Source: Candidatus Latescibacterota bacterium
GTDB lineage: Bacteria > Krumholzibacteriota > Krumholzibacteriia > WVZY01 > JAKEHA01
Assembly (NCBI GenBank): GCA_963707635.1
Contig: OY970173.1
Location: forward strand, 2,681,870-2,745,869
Reading direction: 5' to 3'
DNA length: 64,000 nucleotides
In this document: positions 1 to 9,944 of the stretch, piece by piece
Layout of the letters: each line of letters starts with the position of its first letter
Position numbering within the stretch: the stretch's first letter is position 1
The notes under the pieces: generated by a model
Told to the model about the DNA's origin: nothing
Database searches by the model: none
What the model saw: the letters and a program-made list of their open reading frames with translations, nothing else
Translations under genes and position numbers: made by a program

Positions 1-119
1 CACGTGGCGATAACGCTTCTCCACGCGCCGCGGTCGCAGCCGCGCCCACGAAACGATGATGGCGGGATAGACGAGGTAGGTGTAGAGAACTACCCCGACG
101 CTTACGAAAAAGAGCGCTC

Positions 120-914
120 TCATGCGCGCTTTCCTGCTCGCGCAGCGCGCGCACGGCCATACACGCCCTCGCCGAGTATCGCCCTCGCCCACCCGAGCGA
201 GCGATCACGGGTGTAGCCGGAGACCAGCCGCACACGATCGCCGCGCATCATCGCATCGAAGCGGCTCTCGGCCGTCGAGCACAGCACCGGCAGCCGGCGA
301 TACGCGAAGGCCGGTCGCGACGCATCGTTGTATCCGAACCGCGACGTCGACACGGCGCGATAGCCGAGCCGGCGCAGCCCCTCGCGGGTCCGAGCCGACC
401 AGCGGCCGCCGGGAGGCGCGAAATGATCGACGGTCGCGCCGACGATCGCCTCGAGCCGCTCGCGCGACTCGCGCAGTTCGGCGTCTTCATCTCCCGCGGA
501 CAGGCTGGTGAGGAATCGGTGCGTCATCGCGTGGGAACCAATGTGCATTCCGGACGCGTGCAGTTCGCGCAGCATCGCGGTGGAAAGACCGCCGGCGGCG
601 TCGATGCGCTCGCCGCAGACGAAGAACGTCGCTCGGAATCCGCGCTCCGTAAGCATCGGCAGCGCGTGCACGACGTCGCTCTCGTTCCCGTCGTCGAAAG
701 TGATCGCCACCCACCCCCGCGGCACCGTCTGGCCGGACGCGAGGTGCTCGTGAACCTGGTGCATCGACACGCCCGTGGCGCCGGCGGCGGCGATGCGGTC
801 CATTTGTGCGGAAAACCGATCGCGCGTCACCGACCAGGGCCGCTCGTCGGCGGCCGCGACCGGGCAGCGCGGCGACTCGATCCGGTGATACATGAGTACC
901 GCGAAATGTCCCAT
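120..914 (-). CDS. Polysaccharide deacetylase family protein (CE4/NodB)
   Basis: VLMYHRI, ITFDDG, IGSHAMTH and FAPPGG motifs; 264 aa ORF. Confidence 0.9.
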   Translation of the reverse strand: MGHFAVLMYHRIESPRCPVAAADERPWSVTRDRFSAQMDRIAAAGATGVSMHQVHEHLASGQTVPRGWVAITFDDGNESDVVHALPMLTERGFRATFFVCGERIDAAGGLSTAMLRELHASGMHIGSHAMTHRFLTSLSAGDEDAELRESRERLEAIVGATVDHFAPPGGRWSARTREGLRRLGYRAVSTSRFGYNDASRPAFAYRRLPVLCSTAESRFDAMMRGDRVRLVSGYTRDRSLGWARAILGEGVYGRARAARAGKRA

Positions 915-1100
915 CCCGATTGACTCCGTCCCCAGACTACCGCGGCCAGCACGAAAACGTCCATCGCCCGGTGCTCGTCCGATACTGCACTAGCAACTTG
1001 GGTACCATGCCGGGCCGCCGACGCAGTCTCCGCGCGGAACCTGGACGCGGTGCGTGTGGTATACTCAATTCCGCTGTAACGTCGGGAGTTTCCAGGCCAC

Positions 1101-1886
1101 ATGCCTATGCGATTCTGCGTTCGACTCATCGCCCTCGGCCTCCTGGTCGGCGGCACCTCCGTATCGGCGCGGGAATCGCTCCCGCGGACCCTCCGATACA
1201 CGTTCTTCATCTCCGGCCGGCCGGCGGGCGCGTCGGAGATCCATGTCATCCGGACGAATTCGTCGCTGGTCTTCGAATCGACCATGCATGTCGTCCTCAA
1301 CGGAAACACGGTGGAGCTGGCTTGCCGGACGGAGGCCGACCCGACCACGTACGAGGTCCGGAACTTCTCCTGTACCGGAACCAAGGCGGGGACGCCGGTC
1401 GCCAGCGTTGTCCACGTAAGCCCGGACTCCGTGTACGGAACCATCCTGTCCCGGGGGATCGAGGTGCCGAAGAAGAAACCCGTTCGAGGCCACGAGGTGG
1501 TCATTTTCGAGGACTGGGTGGTGGAGCTTCAGATCCTTCTGGCGCTGCGGCAGGAGCGAAGCCCGGGGGTCTCGACGACCTACCGGTTCATGTTCGCGAA
1601 CTCCTTCCTGCCAGGCGACGCGCTCGCCGGCTATACCGGCGATGTCCTCGTCCAGGCGCGCGACCGGTCCATGCCCGCCCGCAAGCTGGCGGTCGGGATT
1701 CAGGGGGGGCCCCCCTTCGAGAGCCAGGTCGACTCCCGCGGCGTCCCCGTCTACCTGAATTTCCCCGGCATGGCAGCCGAGATCTTCCTGGACGAGTTTT
1801 TCGGGGACAATCCGCCAACTCGTTATCCCCCAGCTCCGAACCCTCCGGGTGACTCCCCCGCCGGTGGGGGCAGTCGGAATAACTAG
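1101..1886 (+). CDS. Secreted hypothetical protein, beta-rich
   Basis: N-terminal signal-peptide-like segment (LIALGLLVGGTSVSA), non-shadow amino-acid composition, Pro-rich tail; family not recognised. Confidence 0.7.
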   Translation: MPMRFCVRLIALGLLVGGTSVSARESLPRTLRYTFFISGRPAGASEIHVIRTNSSLVFESTMHVVLNGNTVELACRTEADPTTYEVRNFSCTGTKAGTPVASVVHVSPDSVYGTILSRGIEVPKKKPVRGHEVVIFEDWVVELQILLALRQERSPGVSTTYRFMFANSFLPGDALAGYTGDVLVQARDRSMPARKLAVGIQGGPPFESQVDSRGVPVYLNFPGMAAEIFLDEFFGDNPPTRYPPAPNPPGDSPAGGGSRNN

Positions 1887-2018
1887 CCCATTCGCTTGCG
1901 GTCGGTTAGCCCGTCAGCCCTCAAGCTCGTTATAAAGATAGGGCTCCTAACTTTTTGATAAATCATGGTTTGTACCGTACGGACGCCATGAACTACGGGT
2001 CACCCCCCAACAAAGGCT

Positions 2019-2048
2019 TTGACACGCCTCCCACCCGGCGTTTACGCT
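2019..2048 (+). promoter_or_regulatory. Sigma70-type promoter
   Basis: TTGACA (2019-2024), 18 nt spacer, TACGCT (2043-2048), upstream of the 3D-domain gene. Confidence 0.55.
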
Positions 2049-2130
2049 TATTGGGTCCTATATTGCACCTCCGATTGCGGCCCGCCGGTCACCCGTCGGG
2101 CCGGTGCTTTAAGGGGACCTGGACGGAAAT

Positions 2131-2856
2131 ATGAAGCTGCATACCGAACTCAATCGCTTCTTCTGGGGTCTACGGAACGGCGCCTTCGGCTTCTACTTCG
2201 CGGGTGGAGCCCGGGCCGGGGCCGCGCTGGCCCGGGCGTTTTCGCCCGTTTCCCGCGCGCGGCCGCGGAGCCGGAGCGCCTGGATCGTGGCTGCCCTGGT
2301 GGTCGCCGCGCCGCTGGCGCTCGTGATCGCTGAAGGCTCCCGCTCGCTCCGTGAGGCCACGCTGCTGACCTCCCCGGCGGGGACTGAGGGCGAGGTGGCC
2401 TCGCTCCGAGGCGCCCTGGGGCGTTACTACGAGCAGCGCGAGTCGGGCGCGGCGTTGGGCCGGGAGTTCGCGATCCACGTCAGTGTGTCCGGCTACACCA
2501 GCCGGATCTGCGAGACCGACAGCACCCCCTTTATTACCGCCGCCAATACCCTCACGCGGCCGGGCGTCGTGGCCCTCTCGCGCGACCTCCTCAAGCGGTA
2601 CACGCCGGGGGCCCCCTTCGACTTCGGCGACGTCGTCCACCTCGCCGGCATCGGTGATTTCGTGGTCGAGGACGCCATGGCGGGCCGCTGGCAGCGCCGG
2701 GCGGACATCTGGTTCCAGGGCCTCGCCGAGGCGAAAGCCTTCGGGAGACACAGACTCGTGATGACGGGACCGTACGGTGCGAACGACGGCTACGACTTGA
2801 GCCGCGCCCGGCGCAACGCCCAGGTGGCGTCCGTGAGGGCGGGGGCGGCTCCTTGA
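2131..2856 (+). CDS. 3D-domain (MltA/Rpf-like cell wall) protein with N-terminal membrane anchor
   Basis: VSGYTS..ETDSTPFITA..VVALSRD..VVED..RADIWF..AKAFGR pattern; hydrophobic segment WIVAALVVAAPLALVIA. Confidence 0.8.
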   Translation: MKLHTELNRFFWGLRNGAFGFYFAGGARAGAALARAFSPVSRARPRSRSAWIVAALVVAAPLALVIAEGSRSLREATLLTSPAGTEGEVASLRGALGRYYEQRESGAALGREFAIHVSVSGYTSRICETDSTPFITAANTLTRPGVVALSRDLLKRYTPGAPFDFGDVVHLAGIGDFVVEDAMAGRWQRRADIWFQGLAEAKAFGRHRLVMTGPYGANDGYDLSRARRNAQVASVRAGAAP

Positions 2857-3221
2857 ATGTGGCGGTGATCGGCGCGTCGAACGACCGCGAGAAGTTCGGC
2901 AACAAGGCCGTGCGCTCCTACCGGGCGCACGGCCATCGTGTTTTTCCGGTCAACCTGCGCGAGCGCGAGATCGAGGGACTGCCCGCCTTCCGATCCATTT
3001 CCGACATACCCGTCGCGCTCGACGCCACGCTGGTGTACGTCCCGCCCCACGTCACCCTGAAGCTGCTCGCCGAGATCGCCCGCAAGGGACCAGGTACGCT
3101 CTACTTGAACCCCGGTAGCGAAGACGACGACGTCGTGTTACGAGCCCAGGAACTGGGCCTCAAACCTATCCTCGCGTGCTCCATTCTCGCCATCGGAGAC
3201 AGCCCCGCCAAGTACTCCTGA
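2853..3221 (+). CDS. CoA-binding protein
   Basis: VAVIGASNDREKFGNKAV..VFPVN..LNPGSE..ACSI; 4-nt overlap with upstream stop. Confidence 0.9.
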   Translation: MNVAVIGASNDREKFGNKAVRSYRAHGHRVFPVNLREREIEGLPAFRSISDIPVALDATLVYVPPHVTLKLLAEIARKGPGTLYLNPGSEDDDVVLRAQELGLKPILACSILAIGDSPAKYS

Positions 3222-3452
3222 CCGCCGTTTGTACGCGCCGTCTGGCGCCGCACACCGGGTGGTTTTGCTTGCGTCGGCGCTCGGGCTGAACGTATGATGC
3301 CCGCGTCCGGACGGGGGCGGCGTCGCCGCAGCGCGATCACCCGCCCTGTCGCATTCCCACTGCCCGCGAGGTTATTCCGCCAGGCTTGAGCGGCCGGCAG
3401 CTTTCCGGCCCGCGGCCAAGTACCACATGAGGGTTCGAGAAGGAGTCCGCAC

Positions 3453-4844
3453 GTGAAGGAATTCGACGTCGCCATCATTGGCAGCGGCCCGGGCGGCTAT
3501 GTGGCGGCCATCCGGGCGGGAATCGTGGGCCTCAAGACCGCACTGGTCGAGAAGGATCCGTTTCTTGGCGGCACCTGTCTCCATCGGGGCTGCATCCCCA
3601 CGAAGGCGCTCCTCCATACCGCCGAGGTCTACGACGGGATCAAGAGCGCGAGCAGCATCGGCATCTCCGCCAGCGGAGTGGCGCTCGACATCCGCCAGGT
3701 GCACGCGCACAAGCAGTCGATCGTCGACCGGCTCGCCAAGGGCATCCAGTTCCTGATGAAGAAGCGCAAGGTGGAAGTCTTCACCGGATTCGGGAGCTTC
3801 GTCGACCCCACCACCGTCAAGGTGGTGGGCGCGTCCGGCACCGAGACGATCCGCGCGAAGCACGTGATCATCGCGACCGGGTCCACCCCCGCGCACCTTC
3901 CCCACCTCAAACCGGACGGCAAGGCGATCATCGACAGCGACATGGTGCTCGCGATGGCCGAAGTGCCGAAGAGCCTGGCCGTCATCGGCTCGGGCGCGGT
4001 CGGAACCGAGTTCGCGTCCGTGTTCGCATCGTTCGGCACGCAGGTGCACCTGATCGAATTGCTCCCGCGCCTGCTCCCCATCGAGGACGAGGACTGCTCG
4101 GCCCAGCTCGAGCGTTCGCTGAAGGTGCGCGGGATCGAGTGCTACACCGCGACCGAGGTGACCGAGGCCAGGGTACAGAAAGGCAACGTGGCGCTCACCC
4201 TGAAGAAGTCCGGCCAGGCGACCACGCTCGAGGTCGAGAAGGTGCTGGTGGCGACCGGGCGCAAACCGGTGCTCGACGGACTGGGCCACGAAGCCGTCGG
4301 CGTCAAGATGAACGGCCGCTTCATCGCGGTCGACGAGTACATGCGTACGAGCGTCCCCAACATCTATGCGATCGGAGATGTCATCGCGTCGCCGGCGCTG
4401 GCCCATGTGGCGTCGCGCGAAGGCACCCTCGCCGTCGACCACATCGCGGGCCGGCACGTGCAGACCATCAACTACCTCGCGGTGCCGAACTGCACGTACT
4501 CGCATCCCGAGGTCGCCAGCGTCGGGCTCACCGAGCGCGCCGCGCGCGAGAAGGGCTACGACGTGCGGGTCGGCAAGTTCCCCTTCTCGGCGCTGGGTAA
4601 AGCCATGATCGTGGGCGAAACCGCCGGCTTCGTGAAGATCGTCGCCGACAAGCGCTACGACGAGGTGCTCGGCGTGCACATCATCGGTCCCAAGGCGACC
4701 GAAGTCATCGCCGAGGCGGCGCTGGGCATGAAGCTCGAAACCACGGTCGAGGAACTCGCGAACTCGATTCACGCCCACCCCACGCTCGCGGAAGCGATGC
4801 TGGAGGCGGCGCACGCGGTCTACGGCGAGGCCATCCATGTCTGA
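3453..4844 (+). CDS. lpdA: Dihydrolipoyl dehydrogenase (E3)
   Basis: GSGPGGY, redox disulfide GGTCLHRGCIPTK, C-terminal HAHPTLAE; AAGGAG RBS upstream. Confidence 0.97.
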   Translation: MKEFDVAIIGSGPGGYVAAIRAGIVGLKTALVEKDPFLGGTCLHRGCIPTKALLHTAEVYDGIKSASSIGISASGVALDIRQVHAHKQSIVDRLAKGIQFLMKKRKVEVFTGFGSFVDPTTVKVVGASGTETIRAKHVIIATGSTPAHLPHLKPDGKAIIDSDMVLAMAEVPKSLAVIGSGAVGTEFASVFASFGTQVHLIELLPRLLPIEDEDCSAQLERSLKVRGIECYTATEVTEARVQKGNVALTLKKSGQATTLEVEKVLVATGRKPVLDGLGHEAVGVKMNGRFIAVDEYMRTSVPNIYAIGDVIASPALAHVASREGTLAVDHIAGRHVQTINYLAVPNCTYSHPEVASVGLTERAAREKGYDVRVGKFPFSALGKAMIVGETAGFVKIVADKRYDEVLGVHIIGPKATEVIAEAALGMKLETTVEELANSIHAHPTLAEAMLEAAHAVYGEAIHV

Positions 4845-5832
4845 ATACACGATCTCGGCGCCGGACACGCTCACCCTCGACCGCACGGGTTATCTCGAGC
4901 TGTATTATTTCATGGTGCTGAACCGGAAGCTCGAGGAGCGGCTCGGCATTCTGTACCGGCAGAACAAGGTGGTGGGAGGACTCTATTCGAGCCTCGGGCA
5001 GGAGGCGTGCTCGGTGGGAAGCGCGTACGCGCTGGAGCGCGGCGACTTCCTGGCGCCGATGATCCGAAACCTGGGCGCGATGCTCGTGCGCGGGGTGAAG
5101 CCGGTCGACGTGATGGCGCAATACTGCGCGCGCGCGATCGGGCCCACCGGGGGCAAGGACCTGAACCTGCATTTCGGCTGGATCGACCGCGGCATCATCT
5201 CTCCGATCAGCATGCTCGCTTCCCTGGTGCCGGTGATGGCGGGCATCGCGCTCGAGATGAAGATGAAGGGCAAGAAGAACATGGCCATCACCTACGTCGG
5301 CGATGGCGCAACCAGCACCACCGACTTTCACGAGGGCATGAATTTCGCCGCCGTGCAGAAGGTGCCGCTCGTGGTCGTCGTCGAGAACAACCTGTGGGCG
5401 TACTCGACGCACGTGTCGCGCCAGGCGAACGTGGTCGACCTGGTCGTGCGCGCGGAGGGCTACGGCTGCTACGGAGAGATCGTCGACGGCAACAACGCGC
5501 TGGCGATGCTGGATGCGACCCGGCGCGCGCGCGCGCGTTGCGTGGCGGGCGGCGGGCCGGTGATGATCGAGGCCAAGACGTTCCGCCGCAAGGGTCACGC
5601 GGAGCACGACGACGCCGGCTACGTCCCGCAGGAGCAGCGCGCGGAGTGGGAAAAGAAGGACCCGATCGACGCGTACCGCCGTTTGCTGCTGGCGCGCGGC
5701 CTGGTCACCGGCGAGCCGGAGATCGCCGAGATCGACGCAAAGATTACTGCTATACTGGAAAACGCGGCGAACGTGGCGCTCGCCGCCCCGTTTCCCGATC
5801 CATCCACGCTCATGGAGAACGTCTATGGTTGA
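4837..5832 (+). CDS. 2-oxoacid dehydrogenase E1 alpha subunit (copy 1)
   Basis: GQEA, TPP motif GDGA..HEGMN..ENN, RRKGHAEHDD. Confidence 0.93.
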   Translation: MSEYTISAPDTLTLDRTGYLELYYFMVLNRKLEERLGILYRQNKVVGGLYSSLGQEACSVGSAYALERGDFLAPMIRNLGAMLVRGVKPVDVMAQYCARAIGPTGGKDLNLHFGWIDRGIISPISMLASLVPVMAGIALEMKMKGKKNMAITYVGDGATSTTDFHEGMNFAAVQKVPLVVVVENNLWAYSTHVSRQANVVDLVVRAEGYGCYGEIVDGNNALAMLDATRRARARCVAGGGPVMIEAKTFRRKGHAEHDDAGYVPQEQRAEWEKKDPIDAYRRLLLARGLVTGEPEIAEIDAKITAILENAANVALAAPFPDPSTLMENVYG

Positions 5833-6841
5833 ACGTCAGGCCGTTCCCGTTCGCACGCCGCGCTTTGCCCACGTCCCCGACAACGGCACGAAGCTCAAGA
5901 TGCTCCACTTCATGAAGCTCGTGCGCGAGATCGAGGATCGCATCGAGCGCAAGCTCTATCGCCAGGGCCGGATCGTGGGCGGCGTGTACGTCGGCCGCGG
6001 GCAGGAAGCGATTTCCGTCGGCACCGCGATCCACATGGAGAAGGACGACGTGGTGGCGCCGTCGCACCGCGACATGGGTGTGTTCCTGATGCGCGGCATT
6101 ACCCCGCGCCGCATCGTCGCGCAATACATGGGACGCCGCACCGGCCTCACCCGGGGGCGCGACGGCAACATGCACATGGGCGACATGGACTACAACGTGA
6201 TCGCGTTCGTGAGCCATTTGGGCGACAACGTCCCCGTGGCCGCCGGTGCAGCCCTGGCGTTCGTGCAGCGCGGCGAGAAGCGCGTCGCGCTCTGTTATAA
6301 CGGAGACGGCGCCACCACCCGTGGCGACTGGCACGAAGGGCTCAACCTCGCCTCCGTGCACAAGCTTCCGGTGGTGTACTTCATCAACAACAACCAGTAC
6401 GCATACTCCACCCCGATGGAGCTGCAGATGGCGATCCCCGACGTGGCCATACGCGCGGGCAGCTACGGCATTCCCGGCGAGATCGTGGACGGCAACGATA
6501 TCGTCGCCGTCTACGACTCGGCCAAGCGCGCCATCGACCGGGCGCGCGCGGGGCTGGGCCCATCGCTCGTGGAGTGCAAGACGTTTCGCATGACCGGGCA
6601 CTCCGCGCACGACGACGCGGGCTATGTGCCACCCGAACTGTTCGAGGAGTGGCAGCGCAAGGATCCCATCCTGCGCTTCGAGAAGGCGCTCGTCGACGAG
6701 GGCGTGCTGACACCGGCGCGGATCGAGGAAATGCAGAAGGAATGCGCGGCGATGATCGACGACGCGGTGGACTGGGCCGAGCAGCAGCCCTTCCCCGCGC
6801 CGGAAGAGGTCACGCGCGACGTCTACTACGAGGGCAAGTAA
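5825..6841 (+). CDS. 2-oxoacid dehydrogenase E1 alpha subunit (copy 2)
   Basis: GQEA, TPP motif [22 protein letters not shown]. Confidence 0.93.
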   Translation: MVERQAVPVRTPRFAHVPDNGTKLKMLHFMKLVREIEDRIERKLYRQGRIVGGVYVGRGQEAISVGTAIHMEKDDVVAPSHRDMGVFLMRGITPRRIVAQYMGRRTGLTRGRDGNMHMGDMDYNVIAFVSHLGDNVPVAAGAALAFVQRGEKRVALCYNGDGATTRGDWHEGLNLASVHKLPVVYFINNNQYAYSTPMELQMAIPDVAIRAGSYGIPGEIVDGNDIVAVYDSAKRAIDRARAGLGPSLVECKTFRMTGHSAHDDAGYVPPELFEEWQRKDPILRFEKALVDEGVLTPARIEEMQKECAAMIDDAVDWAEQQPFPAPEEVTRDVYYEGK

Positions 6842-6855
6842 CCGAGGAGCATCGC

Positions 6856-7832
6856 ATGCCAGTGACTACCTACCTCGACGCCATCCGGGATGGCATCTGG
6901 GAAGAAATGGAGAAGGACGACCGCGTCTTCGTCCTCGGCGAGGATGTCGGCATCTACGGCGGCGCCTTCAAGGTTACCGAAGGGAATGCTGGACCGCTTC
7001 GGGCCGATGCGCGTGATCGACACGCCGATCTCGGAGTCGGCCATCGTCGGCGCGGCCATCGGCGCCGCCCTGATGGGCATGCGACCGGTCGCCGAGATGC
7101 AGTTCATCGATTTCATCTCCTGCGGCTTCGACCAGATCGTCAATTTCGCGGCCAAGTGCCGCTATCGCTGGGGCGCCGGCGTGCCGATCGTGGTGCGCGG
7201 CCCCTCCGGCGGCGGCGTGCACGGCGGCCCGTTCCACTCGCAGAACCCGGAGAGCTACTTCTTCAACGTGCCCGGCCTGAAGATCGTGTGCCCGTCCACC
7301 GCCTACGACGCCAAGGGACTGATCAAGGCGGCGATCCGCGACCACGGACCCGGTGCTGTACTTCGAGCACAAGTTCCTCTACCGCCGAATCAAGGAAGAC
7401 CTGCCGACGGACGATTACATGGTCCCGATCGGCAAGGCGGCGCTGCGGCGCGAAGGCGACGACCTCTCGATCATCACTTACGGCGCGATGGTCTACAAGG
7501 CGCTCGAGGCGGCGGAAGAGCTGTCGAAGACCGGACTCGACGTGGAGGTTCTCGATCTGCGTTCGATCCTGCCGTTCGACGAGGAGGCGATCCTCACCAC
7601 CGCGAAAAAGACCAGCAAGGTCATCGTTCTGCACGAAGCGACGATGACGGGGGGACTCGGCGGCGAAGTCGTCGCGCGTATCGCCGAGAAGGCGTTCGAG
7701 TACCTGGACGGACCGATCGTGCGGATCGCGCCGCCCGACACGCCGGTGCCGTACAGCCCGACGCTGGAAGAGGCATTCCTCCCGCAGACCAGGGACATCG
7801 TGGCGGCGGCGCGCAAGCTGGCCGCATACTAG
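6856..7832 (+). CDS. 2-oxoacid dehydrogenase E1 beta subunit; two apparent +1 frameshifts (~6985, ~7345), probably sequencing errors
   Basis: GAGGAG RBS then MPVTTYL..GEDVG (first frame), DTPISE..EMQFIDF..HSQ (second frame), [20 protein letters not shown] (third frame). Confidence 0.9.
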
Positions 7833-7898
7833 CGGGTGGCACCGATCCGGGGCCCCCGCGGGCGAAACCCCGTGGGGTGGATCGGTGACAGGACCCGC
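7832..7898 (+). other. Long intergenic stem-loop between E1-beta and E2
   Basis: Nested inverted repeats GCGGGT/ACCCGC, CACCGATCC/GGATCGGTG, CCCCGCGGG/CCCGTGGGG around a GAAA loop; no U-tract. Confidence 0.5.
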
Positions 7899-7930
7899 GC
7901 GGTAGAAAGAACCACGGAAAGGAATAGACG

Positions 7931-9247
7931 ATGAGTGTCGATGTGATCATGCCCCAGATGGGCGAGAGTATCGCCGAGGGGACCATCGTGAAATGGCTCA
8001 AGAACATCGGCGAGAACATCGACCGCGACGAGCCGCTGTTCGAGATTTCGACCGACAAAGTCGACGCGGAGATACCGTCGCCGGCGGCGGGCGTGCTCCT
8101 CGAGATCCTCGTGCCCGAAGGCAAGACCGTCGACATCAACACCGTCGTCGCGCGCATCGGCCAGGCGGGCGAAGCGCCTCGCGCCTCGGCGCCGAAGACG
8201 GCTCCCACCCCGGCCCCGTCTCCCCCGCCTGCCGCACCGAAACCGAGCGCGCCCGCTGTGGCCCCGCGGCCGGCGTCGGCTCCCGCCCCGGCGCCGGCTT
8301 CTGCGCCGGGTGCCGCGGCACGCGGCGGCATTCGGTCATCGCCGGTCGTACAAAAGATCGCCGCCGAGCACGGCGTCGACGTCTCCCTGGTCGAGGGAAC
8401 CGGCGAAGGCGGCCGCATCACCAAGAAGGACATCATGAGTTACCTCGAGTCGGCGTCGACCGCTGCGGTTCCGGTCGCGGCGCCACCGGTCGCCACGCCC
8501 GGCACGGCTCCGCGGCCCGCGGCGCCTGCGCCCACCGCGCGCACCCAGGTGTTCGCGGCGGGTCAGGACGAGGTGAGGGAGCCCATGAGCGTCATGCGCC
8601 GGAAGATCGCCGAGCACATGGTGATGAGCAAGAACATCTCCGCGCACGTCTATACTATTTTCGAAGTCGACATGAACGAGGTCGTGAAGCGGCGCGACGC
8701 GCTCAAGCGCGAGTTCGACGCCGAGGGCGTCAAGCTCACCTTCCTTCCCTTCTTCATCGAGGCGTGCATCCGCGGGATCAAGGAATTCCCGATCATCAAC
8801 TCGAGCGTCGACGGCGATACCATCGTCTACAAGAAAAACGTCAACGTGGGCATCGCGGTCGCGATCGAGAACGGGCTGATCGTGCCGGTGATCAAGGGGG
8901 CGGATCAGATGAACTTGCTCGGCCTCGCGAAATCGGCCGCCGACCTGGGCGAGCGCGCCCGCACCAAGCGCCTGATCCCCGACGACGTCCACGGTGGCAC
9001 CTTCACCATCACCAACGTGGGCGTGTTCGGCGGCGTGGTCGGGCTCCCGATTATCAATCAGCCGCAGGTGGCGATCCTGGGGATCGGCACGATCGTGAAG
9101 CGCCCGGTCGTGATCGACGACGCGATCGCGATCCGCCCGATCGTCTACATCTCGCTTTCCTACGACCACCGCATCATCGACGGCGCCGACGCCGCGCGCT
9201 TCCTCACCGTGGTCAAGCGCGAGCTGGAGAAGCCCACGCCGGCGTAG
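7931..9247 (+). CDS. Dihydrolipoamide acyltransferase (E2)
   Basis: Single lipoyl domain (ISTDKVDAE), Pro/Ala linkers, E3-binding domain GTGEGGRITKKD, catalytic YDHRIIDGA. Confidence 0.95.
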   Translation: MSVDVIMPQMGESIAEGTIVKWLKNIGENIDRDEPLFEISTDKVDAEIPSPAAGVLLEILVPEGKTVDINTVVARIGQAGEAPRASAPKTAPTPAPSPPPAAPKPSAPAVAPRPASAPAPAPASAPGAAARGGIRSSPVVQKIAAEHGVDVSLVEGTGEGGRITKKDIMSYLESASTAAVPVAAPPVATPGTAPRPAAPAPTARTQVFAAGQDEVREPMSVMRRKIAEHMVMSKNISAHVYTIFEVDMNEVVKRRDALKREFDAEGVKLTFLPFFIEACIRGIKEFPIINSSVDGDTIVYKKNVNVGIAVAIENGLIVPVIKGADQMNLLGLAKSAADLGERARTKRLIPDDVHGGTFTITNVGVFGGVVGLPIINQPQVAILGIGTIVKRPVVIDDAIAIRPIVYISLSYDHRIIDGADAARFLTVVKRELEKPTPA

Positions 9248-9257
9248 GCGGGCGACC

Positions 9258-9944
9258 ATGACCCCTCGCGTCAAGAGCAGCGTGTGCCGGTCGATCGATC
9301 TGGGACTCGTCCCCTACGAGGAGGCGTTCGCGGTCCAGAAGCGGGAGGTGGAACGCCTGCAACGCGGTGAAGGCGACGACGTGCTCCTGTTCGTCGAGCA
9401 CCCCCACGTGATCACCGTCGGCCGCAACGCCAGCGGCAGTGCCATCCTGGCGGACCGGCGGGCCATCGAGGCCCGGGGCGCGCGCGTGGTGGCGACAGAC
9501 CGCGGCGGCGACGTGACCTACCACGGCCCGGGGCAGCTGGTGGGGTATCCGATCGTGCGCCTGGAACCGGTTCGCCGCGACGTCCGCCGCTACGTCCACG
9601 ACCTCGAGGAAGTGCTGATCGACGCGCTGGCGGACTTCGGCGTGTTTGCCGGCCGTCACCCCGAACACCGGGGCGTGTGGGTGCGCGAGCGCAAGATTGC
9701 GTCGCTCGGTATTCGCATCTCGCGCTGGGTGACCTGCCACGGGTTCGCGCTCAACGTCAGCACGGACCTCTCGTATTTCTCGCTCATGAATCCGTGTGGC
9801 ATCGCCGGGTGCGCGATGACGTCGCTGGAACTGGAAGCGGCCACCACCGTCTCGCTCGCCGCCGTGCGCGAGCGCGTGGCGGTCCACTTCGGCGCGGTCT
9901 TCGGCCGCCGCATGGAGGAGGAGTCGATCACGAATGTCAACTGA
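9258..9944 (+). CDS. lipB: Lipoyl(octanoyl) transferase
   Basis: EHPHVITVGR, RGGDVTYHGPGQLVGYPI, KIASLG, HGFALN, PCG. Confidence 0.96.
   Translation: MTPRVKSSVCRSIDLGLVPYEEAFAVQKREVERLQRGEGDDVLLFVEHPHVITVGRNASGSAILADRRAIEARGARVVATDRGGDVTYHGPGQLVGYPIVRLEPVRRDVRRYVHDLEEVLIDALADFGVFAGRHPEHRGVWVRERKIASLGIRISRWVTCHGFALNVSTDLSYFSLMNPCGIAGCAMTSLELEAATTVSLAAVRERVAVHFGAVFGRRMEEESITNVN

Noticed and set aside
4-216. 70-aa plus-strand ORF at the window edge
   Set aside because: No recognisable motif, overlaps the deacetylase 3' end, and the context is truncated.
2049-2130. Possible c-di-AMP (ydaO) riboswitch ahead of the 3D-domain gene
   Set aside because: The leader is short and lacks the conserved GCUGAAUCC-type core; only generic GC pairing is visible.
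8160-8330. Pro/Ala-rich repetitive DNA
   Set aside because: Ordinary flexible linker of the E2 subunit.
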